Origin: an uncultured Dehalococcoidia bacterium
Lineage (GTDB): Bacteria > Chloroflexota > Dehalococcoidia > Lucifugimonadales > QGNO01
Reading direction: 5' to 3'
Length of the DNA: 64,000 bases
Assembly: GCA_964493125.1 (NCBI GenBank)
Contig: CAZBMS010000003.1
Coordinates: 6,425 to 70,424 of the forward strand
A program made the position numbers and the translations under genes. How positions within the stretch are numbered: position 1 is the stretch's first letter; every line of letters begins with the position of its first letter. The notes under the pieces are model-generated. The model saw nothing but the letters and a program-made list of their open reading frames with translations. It did no database searches and was not told the DNA's origin. Shown here piece by piece: positions 19,806 through 28,518 of this stretch.

Positions 19806-20606
19806 TCACTCAAGAGAGTCTTTTTGCTCCAGCTCTTCCTCCCAAACTGGCTCTCTTTTCTCAGAAAATGATTTTGGCCCTTCCTCCGCATCATGACTTT
19901 GCAAAAGTTCATTGTAGGCTCGCGCGGTAATGGGGGCTGCCTCATGCTCACTGGATCGGCGTCCCTTTTCAACCAATTCCTTGAATGTTCGGGTGGATCT
20001 GGGTGAATTCTTTATAATCTTCCCAGCCATTTCCATAGCTTCGTCCATCAATCTCTCAGGCGGAACTACTTTGTTAAGAAACCCCATTTCAAGAACTCTA
20101 CGAGCTGGAATTGGCTCAGCGGAAAGGACGAGTTCCATTACCGCTGTTTCTGAAATTATCTTGTTTAAGTGAATGGCAAATGGTGCCATAAGGCCCACTC
20201 TAGCTTCAGTAATTCCGAGCATAGCCGATTCCGAAGCAATTCTTATGTCACAAGCCTGAGCAATTGCGAAACCGCCAGCCAAAGCATAGCCATTCACTGC
20301 AGCAATCATCGGTTTAACGGGCGTCGGCCACATCGAAAGGCCACCACCATACATTGTTTCTTCCGCGGTCGCCTGTTTGCCGGACATGGTGTCGGCTGCC
20401 CTTTCTTTAAGATCGCGACCCGCACAAAAAGCCCTGCCAGCTCCTGTAATTATGGCTACCCAAGCACGATTATCCTCATCAAATCTGATGATGGTTGCTC
20501 GCAGATTTTCAATCATCTCTCTGTTAAGTGCGTTTAGGACGGCTGGTCGATTTAAAGTTATAACAGCTATCCTATCCCGAACTTCGTAAACCACTGATTC
20601 ACTCAT
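19806..20606 (-). CDS. Enoyl-CoA hydratase/isomerase (crotonase) family protein
   Basis: ITLNRPAVLNAL...ITGAGRAFCAGRDL oxyanion-hole region. Confidence 0.85.
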   Translation of the reverse strand: MSESVVYEVRDRIAVITLNRPAVLNALNREMIENLRATIIRFDEDNRAWVAIITGAGRAFCAGRDLKERAADTMSGKQATAEETMYGGGLSMWPTPVKPMIAAVNGYALAGGFAIAQACDIRIASESAMLGITEARVGLMAPFAIHLNKIISETAVMELVLSAEPIPARRVLEMGFLNKVVPPERLMDEAMEMAGKIIKNSPRSTRTFKELVEKGRRSSEHEAAPITARAYNELLQSHDAEEGPKSFSEKREPVWEEELEQKDSLE

Positions 20607-20624
20607 CGGTCACCTCAGCCACGT

Positions 20625-21191
20625 TTATTCTATGCGATTATCCAAGTGAGTTACCAGCTGTAGACCCAAAAACTCAACCCGACTCCCTGGACGAATTCCA
20701 TTCTCAGAAGCCGAACCAGATTTAATCTCGAGTACGTATCGTATTGGCCGTTCTGGATAATAACTAGGAGGTGTAACACCTGTTGTAACCGTAGGCACAT
20801 TCTCTGATATATTAACAACCTTCCGTTTCACATCAATCCAAACTATGTCTAAAGGTATCAACATACCCTTCATCCAAAAAGCTGGGGTTACGTCCTCTGA
20901 GTATATGAACAGCATCCCCTCATCCACATGTAATTCACTCCTCCCCATAAGCCCTCGGGTCCTCTCAGCTGGGGAGATTGCCAAATCCACCACAAACGTC
21001 TTTTCGCCTATCTTCACCCTTGGGTTCGTCGAAGCGTTGTCTGTTGTATCAGACGCAAGCCTTTGAGGAGTCCCTGTCGGCTGTACTTCACTCACACCAG
21101 CAGAACAACTCAATGTCAATAACAAACAAACAATGTATAGCGCATTAGATAGCCGCACGAATGAATTACTCGGGCGTTTGAGTCGAAGCAC
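20625..21191 (-). CDS. DUF192 family secreted protein or lipoprotein
   Basis: Signal peptide with a Cys-containing lipobox-like LTLSC. DUF192 core RTRGLMGR...GMLFIY...[16 protein letters not shown]. The start is ambiguous: GTG at 21191 overlaps ruvB, and GTG at 21158 does not. Confidence 0.6.
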   Translation of the reverse strand: MLRLKRPSNSFVRLSNALYIVCLLLTLSCSAGVSEVQPTGTPQRLASDTTDNASTNPRVKIGEKTFVVDLAISPAERTRGLMGRSELHVDEGMLFIYSEDVTPAFWMKGMLIPLDIVWIDVKRKVVNISENVPTVTTGVTPPSYYPERPIRYVLEIKSGSASENGIRPGSRVEFLGLQLVTHLDNRIE

Positions 21192-22221
21192 TTGCCCAAA
21201 AAGAGGCTTGGTTGGTTGATTCTTTGTCTTTGTATGGCAAGCCTAAATGTTGATATGCCTTCGAAGTTGCCACTCGACCACGTGGGGTCCTAGTGACAAA
21301 TCCCATCTGAATTAGATAGGGTTCATAAACGTCCATTATTGTGTCTGGTTCCTCGCTTATCGAAGCTCCTATAGTCTCCAAGCCCACGGGCCCCCCATCA
21401 AACTTTTCCACTAGGGCACGGAGTATCTTGTGATCCAGATCATCTAGGCCCAATACATCAATCTCAAGTCCTGAAAGTGCCTCTTTAGCAATATCTACAC
21501 CGACTGCCCCATCAACCATCACCTGAGCGTAATCTCTAACTCGTTTTAGTAGTCTATTCGCGACCCTAGGAGTACCTCGAGATCTTCTTGAGATCTCCTC
21601 TAGCCCCTCATCTGCGGCAGTTATTTGTAGAATCGTGGCCGACCGTTGTAGTAACTGTAATATCGCCTCAGACTCGTAGAAGTCTAAGCGGAATAATAGC
21701 CCGAACCGGTTTCTTAATGGTGCACTAATCTGAGCATATCGGGTAGTAGCCCCAATCAGGGTGAAAGGTGGGACTTTGAGATTGATCGCCCTAGCTCCAA
21801 GGCCCTTACCCATTAGCCACGAAAGGAAAAAGTCCTCCATGGCAGGGTACAAAACTTCTTCCACTGTCCTATTTAGTCTATGAATTTCATCGATGAAAAG
21901 TACGTCATTGGGACGCAAGCTAGTCAAAATAGCTGCCATGTCCCCAGGCCTTTCGATTGCAGGGCCCGATGTAACCTTAATGTTTACCCCCATCTCAGAT
22001 GCAACAATATTCGCTAGGGTAGTTTTTCCTAATCCAGGGGGGCCGTATAGAAGTAAGTGATCCAGCGCCTCGTCACGCTGCCTCGCAGCAGCCATAGCGA
22101 TACCAAGATTGTACTTTATCTTGTCTTGGCCAACGTAGTCAGCAATCTTGCGTGGGCGCAAATTTGATTCAAGATGCGTATCTTCTTCTGCCTGTTTTCC
22201 AGAGACAAGTCTTTCAGTCAT
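21166..22221 (-). CDS. ruvB: Holliday junction branch migration helicase RuvB
   Basis: [12 protein letters not shown], Walker [10 protein letters not shown] and Walker [10 protein letters not shown]; full-length AAA+ RuvB layout. Confidence 0.95.
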   Translation of the reverse strand: MTERLVSGKQAEEDTHLESNLRPRKIADYVGQDKIKYNLGIAMAAARQRDEALDHLLLYGPPGLGKTTLANIVASEMGVNIKVTSGPAIERPGDMAAILTSLRPNDVLFIDEIHRLNRTVEEVLYPAMEDFFLSWLMGKGLGARAINLKVPPFTLIGATTRYAQISAPLRNRFGLLFRLDFYESEAILQLLQRSATILQITAADEGLEEISRRSRGTPRVANRLLKRVRDYAQVMVDGAVGVDIAKEALSGLEIDVLGLDDLDHKILRALVEKFDGGPVGLETIGASISEEPDTIMDVYEPYLIQMGFVTRTPRGRVATSKAYQHLGLPYKDKESTNQASFWASASTQTPE

Positions 22222-22288
22222 GCTCGATTATCCCTATGCAATCCAGATCGCCATGATACCACGCTGATTAAGCAGCTGAAATACCAAG

Positions 22289-23623
22289 CTATACCCCATT
22301 TCTTTCTGGCTTCCTCAAGAACAATAACAAAAGGACAGCTGCTAAAGCTGCAGACATTCCAGTCCCAACTATGAATATTGAGTAGCTCTCCGTGGTGTCA
22401 AATATCCAACCGGCCAGTACTGTCGCTATCATACCTACAATTCCGAAGCTGTTAAGTATTCCCCTGAGCCTAGCAAATGACCGCCGACCATAATATTCTC
22501 CCAGGATAGAGTAGTTAGCAGGGGACACATTCGCACCAAAAGCAAACAGGATTGCAAACAGGTAAATTGCTAATTTCCCGTTGGCAAAATCCAGAATGAT
22601 TAAAGACAAAGCAACCGCCACCTGGCCGATTACCAAAATATGTTTTTTACTCCACCTGTCGCCAAGCCAGCCCACAAGCAGTATTAATGGGGTAGCGGTC
22701 AGAGCTACCAATCCAACCATATTAGCTCCTCCCTGCTCAGTAAGGCCTTTCCAAACAAAAATTGGGATAAAGTGGACCTGAAACGCCGAGTTCATAGTGG
22801 TTCTTACGGTTGTGCTAAATGCAATTAACCAAAATGAGGGCATCTTTAACGTCTCCCCAAAATCGAACCCGTCCGGCAAACTTGCTTGCGCGACTAATGG
22901 ATCCTTTTTATGTGCGGAATCTCCTACTTCCGATTGGAGAGCCTCCACGCCATCTGGCAAAAGACCCATGGACTCCGGGGAGCGACGAATTAACAATGCT
23001 AATGGCAGGGACACTACAAGCACAACAAGTCCAGAGAGGATAGATGCCATTCTCCATCCATGAGTTATAGCAATAGCAGCGATTATGGGAGTGAAAATTG
23101 CTGGCCCTAATCTAACCGAAGAGGAGCAAATGCTCATTGCCCGAGTGCGATATTTCATAAACCAAAGATTGGCCACGGCATGCATGCATTGAAGAAATCC
23201 CATTTGAAATCCAAGGGCAACCCAACCAACATAAACCAATACAAACGTTAACTCGTTATGTACAGTGGTTAATGCAATAAGACCAGTCCCTCCCAACAGG
23301 GCTCCCACAAAAATCGGAAGCCTTGGTCCACGACGATCTATTATCCAGCCTACCAAGGGTCCCTCAATCCCCCCCTCGAGCCTTGCAAGGGAAAACAGTA
23401 AAGATAGAGCGGCCCTTCCTATTTCAAGTTCTCGTGTCAGAGGAAGAAAGAATACAGAAACTACTGAGGAGTGGACCGATCCAACCATGGTTATCGTGCT
23501 TCCAGCCGCCAATATCCACCATCCGTAGTAAATCGAACCTTTTTTGCTCCTAGTCATTTGCATTAAATCGTAAACGCACTCCGTTATTGTGGCCGATGGT
23601 ACGACCAACATCCAGTTCTTCAA
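22289..23623 (-). CDS. MFS transporter
   Basis: About 12 predicted TM segments and a GWIIDRRGPR loop motif. Substrate unknown. Confidence 0.7.
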   Translation of the reverse strand: MKNWMLVVPSATITECVYDLMQMTRSKKGSIYYGWWILAAGSTITMVGSVHSSVVSVFFLPLTRELEIGRAALSLLFSLARLEGGIEGPLVGWIIDRRGPRLPIFVGALLGGTGLIALTTVHNELTFVLVYVGWVALGFQMGFLQCMHAVANLWFMKYRTRAMSICSSSVRLGPAIFTPIIAAIAITHGWRMASILSGLVVLVVSLPLALLIRRSPESMGLLPDGVEALQSEVGDSAHKKDPLVAQASLPDGFDFGETLKMPSFWLIAFSTTVRTTMNSAFQVHFIPIFVWKGLTEQGGANMVGLVALTATPLILLVGWLGDRWSKKHILVIGQVAVALSLIILDFANGKLAIYLFAILFAFGANVSPANYSILGEYYGRRSFARLRGILNSFGIVGMIATVLAGWIFDTTESYSIFIVGTGMSAALAAVLLLLFLRKPERNGV

Positions 23624-23715
23624 GAAAATTAATGGCCAATAGCAAATTTCTTCCTATCGCACCTTACTCCCTTTGTAAGGAACGCTCAAATGAACAAGAT
23701 TCTGTACTAATTAAC

Positions 23716-23745
23716 TTGACACCTATCCTGAGATGTTCTTATAAT
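23716..23745 (+). promoter_or_regulatory. Near-consensus sigma70-type promoter (TTGACA - 18 nt - TATAAT)
   Basis: TTGACA at 23716-23721 and TATAAT at 23740-23745. It sits ~350 nt upstream of rpmF with no convincing ORF in between. Confidence 0.5.
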
Positions 23746-24093
23746 CCCTAGCCTTGTAGAGAGTTTTTTCGGCAGTGAGTTTTTATGAGATTTAATGTTG
23801 CCATCCTTCTAATGGAAACCGTAGACGCCAGGCGTGAAAACTGGCTTGGTAATCCGGACGCACAAAGTGAGACAACTGGTGAAATAGCATCCCAAGAAAA
23901 ACTGCAGTGGCTCTTGTTTAATTGGGGCCGATCGGTCTTAGAGGATATTTTAGCTTTTATAAATATAGCCAATGTGAAATGCTTAGGTCTCTGCCTCTAC
24001 TTTAGGATAAAATTAAGTCTATATTCATTTATTAAAGCTGGGTATTCAAGTTAGTAATTAGCAATATGTTGGTAATATAGAAGAGAGGATTTT

Positions 24094-24294
24094 GTGGGAG
24101 CTCTACCAAAAAAGAAAAGAACTCAGTCAAGAAAGCGGACGCGCTGGAGCCACTCCGCCCTAACGCCAGTGAGCCTGTCAATTTGTCCCCAGTGCAGGGT
24201 CGCGAAGCGGTCGCATCGCGTTTGCGGTAACTGTGGCTATTATGCAGGGAGAGAGGTTATTTCCCCCAAGGGGGCTACTTCAAACGAGGCCTAA
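24094..24294 (+). CDS. rpmF: 50S ribosomal protein L32
   Basis: GTG start after AGAGGA. ALPKKKRTQSRKRTRWSH plus the zinc-ribbon cysteines CPQC...CGNCGYY. Confidence 0.9.
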   Translation: MGALPKKKRTQSRKRTRWSHSALTPVSLSICPQCRVAKRSHRVCGNCGYYAGREVISPKGATSNEA

Positions 24295-24337
24295 GGCTGC
24301 GCCCGCAAGTATATTTAGTATTTATCAGGAGCAAATA

Positions 24338-25297
24338 ATGGCTCTTTCATCGACCTCCCAAAATACGAATAGCAAGATAGCATTCCTTTTTCCAGGACAA
24401 GGTTCGCAATCAGTGGGCATGGGGCTTGATCTCTATGAGAACTCGACTGCGGCTAAAGAGATATTTAATACAGCTGACGAGGTGCTAGAGCGCCCACTTT
24501 CGAAAATAATGTTCGAGGGCCCCCCTGAGGAGCTAAGCAACACCATCAATTCTCAGCCAGCCCTACTAACCACCAGCTTGGCCACCCTAGCCGCAACAAA
24601 AGAAAGGTTTGCCGACTTGCTCGATAAAGATGTGGTGTTCATGGCGGGACACAGCTTAGGGGAGTATACCGCCTTGGCTGCATCTGGGGTAATTGATCTT
24701 CCTGATGCAGTCTGGCTTGTTCAAGAGCGGGGGCGTCTTATGCAAGAGGCGTGCGACGATAATCCAGGATCTATGGCTGCAGTGTTAGGGCTAGAAGAAA
24801 GTGTCGTGGAAGAGGTTTGTAGAGAAACCGGGACACAAATAGCCAACATAAATACCCCCGGTCAAATCGTTATCAGCGGTGAGAAAGACGCTATCAGAAG
24901 AGCTGTCGATAAATCATCTGAGAAAGGCGCAAAGAAAAGTATCCTATTAAAGGTTAGCGGGGCATTCCATTCATATTTGATGGGATCTGCAATGAAAGGA
25001 ATGCAGCAGGCGCTAGATGCGGTTCAATTTAGGAACCCTGGCACTCCTATTATAGCTAACTGTACGGCCAAGCCTATGAAAACCTCATCAGAAATCAAAG
25101 AAGAATTAGCCCAGCAGCTTTGTGGTTGTGTGCGATGGGAAGATTCGATCAAATACATGGTCAATTTAGGTGTATCAAAATTTTACGAGTTTGGGCCTGG
25201 GAAAATCTTAACAAACATGATGAAGCGCATTTCAGGTGATGTAGAGGCCACTCCCATAGACAGCATGTCGTCAGTGCAAGAAATTGCTGGAAGTTAG
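24338..25297 (+). CDS. fabD: Malonyl-CoA:ACP transacylase
   Basis: FLFPGQGSQ and GHSLGEY active-site motifs. I prefer the ATG at 24338 (SD CAGGAG upstream). The ORF-track start at 24233 lies inside rpmF. Confidence 0.9.
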   Translation: MALSSTSQNTNSKIAFLFPGQGSQSVGMGLDLYENSTAAKEIFNTADEVLERPLSKIMFEGPPEELSNTINSQPALLTTSLATLAATKERFADLLDKDVVFMAGHSLGEYTALAASGVIDLPDAVWLVQERGRLMQEACDDNPGSMAAVLGLEESVVEEVCRETGTQIANINTPGQIVISGEKDAIRRAVDKSSEKGAKKSILLKVSGAFHSYLMGSAMKGMQQALDAVQFRNPGTPIIANCTAKPMKTSSEIKEELAQQLCGCVRWEDSIKYMVNLGVSKFYEFGPGKILTNMMKRISGDVEATPIDSMSSVQEIAGS

Positions 25298-25796
25298 AGC
25301 AAACGTGATCACATCTACAAAGAGCAGTAAGATAACGGAACAGAAGAGATCCAGAAGGAAAAGCAGTGCTGGTCGTCGCACTGCTCGCGCAGCCGTTTTG
25401 CAAGTCCTATACGAATTAGACACCACTGATCATCCGATAGAAGAATCCTTCAGCTGGATTGTCTCCGAAAAGCGCCTGAATGACGATGGCGTTAGTTTTG
25501 CTTGGGAAACGACCAAAGGGGTCCAAGGCGCCAGTCGATCCTTGGACAATGAGATAAAAAAGCATACCGCCCGATGGCCAATCTATCAATTATCGGCAGT
25601 AGACAGAAATATATTAAGAATAGCAATATATGAAATGAGTTCAAATGGTGGAGTTTCTGAAAAAGTAGCTATTAACGAAGCCGTTGAACTGGCAAAAAGA
25701 TTTGGAGGGGATAATTCGTATCGGTTTATAAATGGCGTTCTAGCATCATTTATTTCGTCCAAGCTACAAGGCTTAAGCCCCCCTAGCGGAAACTGA
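25284..25796 (+). CDS. nusB: Transcription antitermination factor NusB with a basic N-terminal extension
   Basis: RRTARAAVLQVLYELD ... RNILRIAIYEM ... INEAVELAKRFGG...FINGVL. The only possible starts (TTG 25284, GTG 25305) leave a >=30-aa K/R/S-rich extension. Confidence 0.8.
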   Translation: MLEVRANVITSTKSSKITEQKRSRRKSSAGRRTARAAVLQVLYELDTTDHPIEESFSWIVSEKRLNDDGVSFAWETTKGVQGASRSLDNEIKKHTARWPIYQLSAVDRNILRIAIYEMSSNGGVSEKVAINEAVELAKRFGGDNSYRFINGVLASFISSKLQGLSPPSGN

Positions 25797-25821
25797 TACT
25801 TTAAATTAAGGAGGCCATACT

Positions 25822-26082
25822 ATGGCATCAATTTTTGACCGGGTTAAAACGCTAGTTGTTGACAAGCTCAGCGCAGATGAAGAATCTGTAACTTTGGAGT
25901 CCCACTTTACTAACGACCTAAATGCCGATTCACTTGACTTAGTAGAGCTAATAATGGCCTTTGAAGAAGAATTTTCACAAGACGGAGATCCTGTTGAAAT
26001 CTCCGATGAAGATGCAGAAAAAATAAATACTGTCGGCGATGCAGTCGAGTATATCAGAGGGAAAGGTATAGCTGATAGCTAA
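25822..26082 (+). CDS. acpP: Acyl carrier protein
   Basis: [19 protein letters not shown] phosphopantetheine-attachment (DSL) motif. SD AAGGAGG upstream. Confidence 0.95.
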   Translation: MASIFDRVKTLVVDKLSADEESVTLESHFTNDLNADSLDLVELIMAFEEEFSQDGDPVEISDEDAEKINTVGDAVEYIRGKGIADS

Positions 26083-26145
26083 ATGAACCTCTCCTAACTA
26101 CACAGCAGTAAGCTTTATATGTGCCCGTCTCCCTGTTTGTTTTAT

Positions 26146-26177
26146 CTAAACTAGGCGTCCCTTAACACCTAGTTTAG
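26146..26177 (+). terminator. Hairpin downstream of acpP (10-bp stem, 12-nt loop); possible terminator
   Basis: CTAAACTAGG (26146-26155) pairs with CCTAGTTTAG (26168-26177). It is followed by GTTATTG, so the T-tract is weak. Confidence 0.35.
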
Positions 26178-26227
26178 GTTATTGCTAATCTTTGTCTTAT
26201 ACAAGTAATAGAGTATACTGGAAAGAT

Positions 26228-26830
26228 ATGCTAGATCTGCAACAGGTGGCCAGTCGGATACATAACTGTTTTGATTGCGACCTATCCCAATCGCGCACTA
26301 AAGCCGTTCCAGGAGAAGGCCCGGAAGATGCCGACCTGATGTTTATCGGTGAAGGCCCAGGATTCAATGAAGATCAGCAATCTCGCCCTTTCGTAGGGGC
26401 GGCTGGGCAATACCTCGAGGAACTTCTCGCCAAAATAAACATCAACCGTAATTCTGTGTTCATCACTAACATGGTCAAGTGTAGGCCCCCTAATAATAGA
26501 GACCCTTTTCCAGGAGAGATTGAGGCTTGTAGCAAATATATCGATGAGCAGATTAGGCTAGTCAGACCAAAAGTTATAGTTACCTTAGGAAGACACTCTC
26601 TAGGCAAGTTTTTACCCGGGGAAACCATCGGCAAGGTTCATGGAAAGCCAAAACAAATAGGCAATTTAATCGTATATCCTATATATCATCCTGCTGCTGC
26701 CCTGCGGCGACATTCATTGCGGATTGTACTTGAGAATGATTTCCAATTAATACCGTCGCTAGTGAGAGGCGATATTGAGAACGAATCAAATGACAATCAT
26801 AAACCTCAACAACTCTCGTTGTTTGAGTAG
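26228..26830 (+). CDS. Family 4 uracil-DNA glycosylase
   Basis: CFDCDL Fe-S cysteines, FIGEGPG...E and PFVGAAG motifs. I prefer the ATG at 26228. Confidence 0.85.
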   Translation: MLDLQQVASRIHNCFDCDLSQSRTKAVPGEGPEDADLMFIGEGPGFNEDQQSRPFVGAAGQYLEELLAKININRNSVFITNMVKCRPPNNRDPFPGEIEACSKYIDEQIRLVRPKVIVTLGRHSLGKFLPGETIGKVHGKPKQIGNLIVYPIYHPAAALRRHSLRIVLENDFQLIPSLVRGDIENESNDNHKPQQLSLFE

Positions 26831-26839
26831 GTTCTAATC

Positions 26840-28501
26840 ATGGGTAAGCAAACCCTCAAAGTAATTCCTCTTGGCGGCCTAGGCGAGATTGGCAAAAACA
26901 TGATGGCCTTGGAGTCAGGAAAGGACTTAATAATCATCGATGCCGGCGTGCTCTTTCCCGGAGAGACCATGCCTGGAGTAGACTTAGTTATTCCAGACAT
27001 CTCCTATCTGATCGAGAACAGGCACCGTATACGTGGCATCTTTATTACTCACGGCCACGAAGATCACATAGGCGCCCTACCTTACGTTCTTCAGAAACTA
27101 AAAGTGCCTGTATATGCTTCACGACTAGCAGTTGGATTAATAAAATTGAAGCTGAAAGGTCATGCCGTACTCCACGACCCAAAACTCGTTGAAGTGGAAT
27201 CAGGCGAGCAAATTAAATCGGGCATTTTCAAAGTGACTTTCTTTCCGGTTTCCCACAGCATCCCAGATGCAATGGGACTCGCAATAAGCACTCCCCTTGG
27301 ATTGGTAATACATACCGGGGATTTTAAAATAGATCTCGATCCTGCCACTGATAATCCTACCAACCTACTCCGGCTTGCGGAAATGTGCAGAAAGGGCACT
27401 TTTCTACTCTTATCAGACTCCACTTATGCGAATGTTCCAGGATACACGCCCTCTGAAGCCGTTGTAAGCAAAGAAATGAGTGAGATTATCAGGAGGGCCG
27501 ACGGAAGGGTAATGATAGCAACTTTTGCTTCCCTGCTGGCTAGGGTTCAGCAGATAATCGATGCGGCATACAAATACGACAAAAAAGTCAGCGTAGTTGG
27601 CCGAAGCATGGTAAACAATGTAAAGCTAGCGATAGACTTAGGATACATAAGGGACCCTGGGAAAGTTTTCGTGCCGGTAAAAGAATTGAGGAAATATCCC
27701 CCTGAAAAGTCCGTGATAGTCATGACCGGTAGCCAAGGGGAGCCAACTTCTGCATTGACTCGAATTGCTAATCGTATTCACCAAGACATCGAAATTACTC
27801 CTGGAGACACCGTTGTAGTCTCGTCTAGCCCAATACCTGGTAATGAGTTACCAGTCAGCCGCGTGATAGATAACTTATTTAGGCAGGGCGCCTACGTCTT
27901 ATACGACAAGACATCAACTGTTCACGTCCATGGTCACGCCAGTCAAGAAGAGTTAAAACTCGTACTTAACATTGTTCGGCCCAAATTTTTCGTGCCCGTC
28001 CATGGCGAATTCAGACACCTAGTGGCTCACAGAGAGCTAGCTATTACAATGGGTGTTCATCCTGATAAGGCCTTTATCCTAGAAAGCGGGGACTTACTGG
28101 AGCTTTCGAATGATAAAGGCTGGTTTGGCGGTTCGGTTCCCGCTGAAAATATATATGTGGATGGCAATTTGTTTAGGGCAGATGAAAGCAACATTCTAAA
28201 AGAGAGAACGATGTTGTCAAGAGATGGTATAGTAGTTGTGAGCGTCCCGATTAATAGACACAGTGGGGCTGTATTGAGCCACCCTTCCGTAACGTCTGTG
28301 GGGTTTGTTGAATCAGGCGACTTTCCGAACGTGCTTGAGCAGATAGCAGATACCGTACTCCTTGAACTTAAGACAATCTCCGAAAACGGAACTCTCAGCT
28401 CTAGTGCCATTGAAAGCAAAATTAACAAGTCGGTTGCGGCGTTGCTATTTAAGAAAACTAGGTTGCGCCCAATAGTTATCTCCTTTCCGGTTTTAACCTA
28501 G
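26840..28501 (+). CDS. rnj: Ribonuclease J
   Basis: Metallo-beta-lactamase motif THGHEDHIGALP, a beta-CASP region and a C-terminal domain. Length ~553 aa. Confidence 0.9.
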   Translation: MGKQTLKVIPLGGLGEIGKNMMALESGKDLIIIDAGVLFPGETMPGVDLVIPDISYLIENRHRIRGIFITHGHEDHIGALPYVLQKLKVPVYASRLAVGLIKLKLKGHAVLHDPKLVEVESGEQIKSGIFKVTFFPVSHSIPDAMGLAISTPLGLVIHTGDFKIDLDPATDNPTNLLRLAEMCRKGTFLLLSDSTYANVPGYTPSEAVVSKEMSEIIRRADGRVMIATFASLLARVQQIIDAAYKYDKKVSVVGRSMVNNVKLAIDLGYIRDPGKVFVPVKELRKYPPEKSVIVMTGSQGEPTSALTRIANRIHQDIEITPGDTVVVSSSPIPGNELPVSRVIDNLFRQGAYVLYDKTSTVHVHGHASQEELKLVLNIVRPKFFVPVHGEFRHLVAHRELAITMGVHPDKAFILESGDLLELSNDKGWFGGSVPAENIYVDGNLFRADESNILKERTMLSRDGIVVVSVPINRHSGAVLSHPSVTSVGFVESGDFPNVLEQIADTVLLELKTISENGTLSSSAIESKINKSVAALLFKKTRLRPIVISFPVLT

Positions 28502-28518
28502 GAGGAATCTTCGAGCAT

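Noticed and set aside
20625-21191. The 26-nt ruvB/DUF192 overlap as a regulatory feature.
   Set aside because: An in-frame GTG at 21158 gives a normal signal peptide ([14 protein letters not shown]...) without any overlap, so the overlap is probably an artefact of longest-ORF calling.
23748-24054. Two overlapping ORFs in the gap upstream of rpmF: 74 aa on the minus strand and 89 aa on the plus strand.
   Set aside because: They overlap each other, have no SD or family resemblance, and the plus-strand one ends in an AT-rich low-complexity tail. I did not call either as a gene. The region is reported instead as an unexplained leader.
23752-24093. Assigning the rpmF leader to a known riboswitch or RNA class. 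Cobalamin, c-di-GMP-I, TPP, ZTP, T-box, SRP, 6S and RNase P were considered.
   Set aside because: Only fragmentary resemblances exist, for example GGACGCACAAAG against the ACGCAAAGC of GEMM-I, and GGTGAAA. None of the core consensus blocks is present in the right order.
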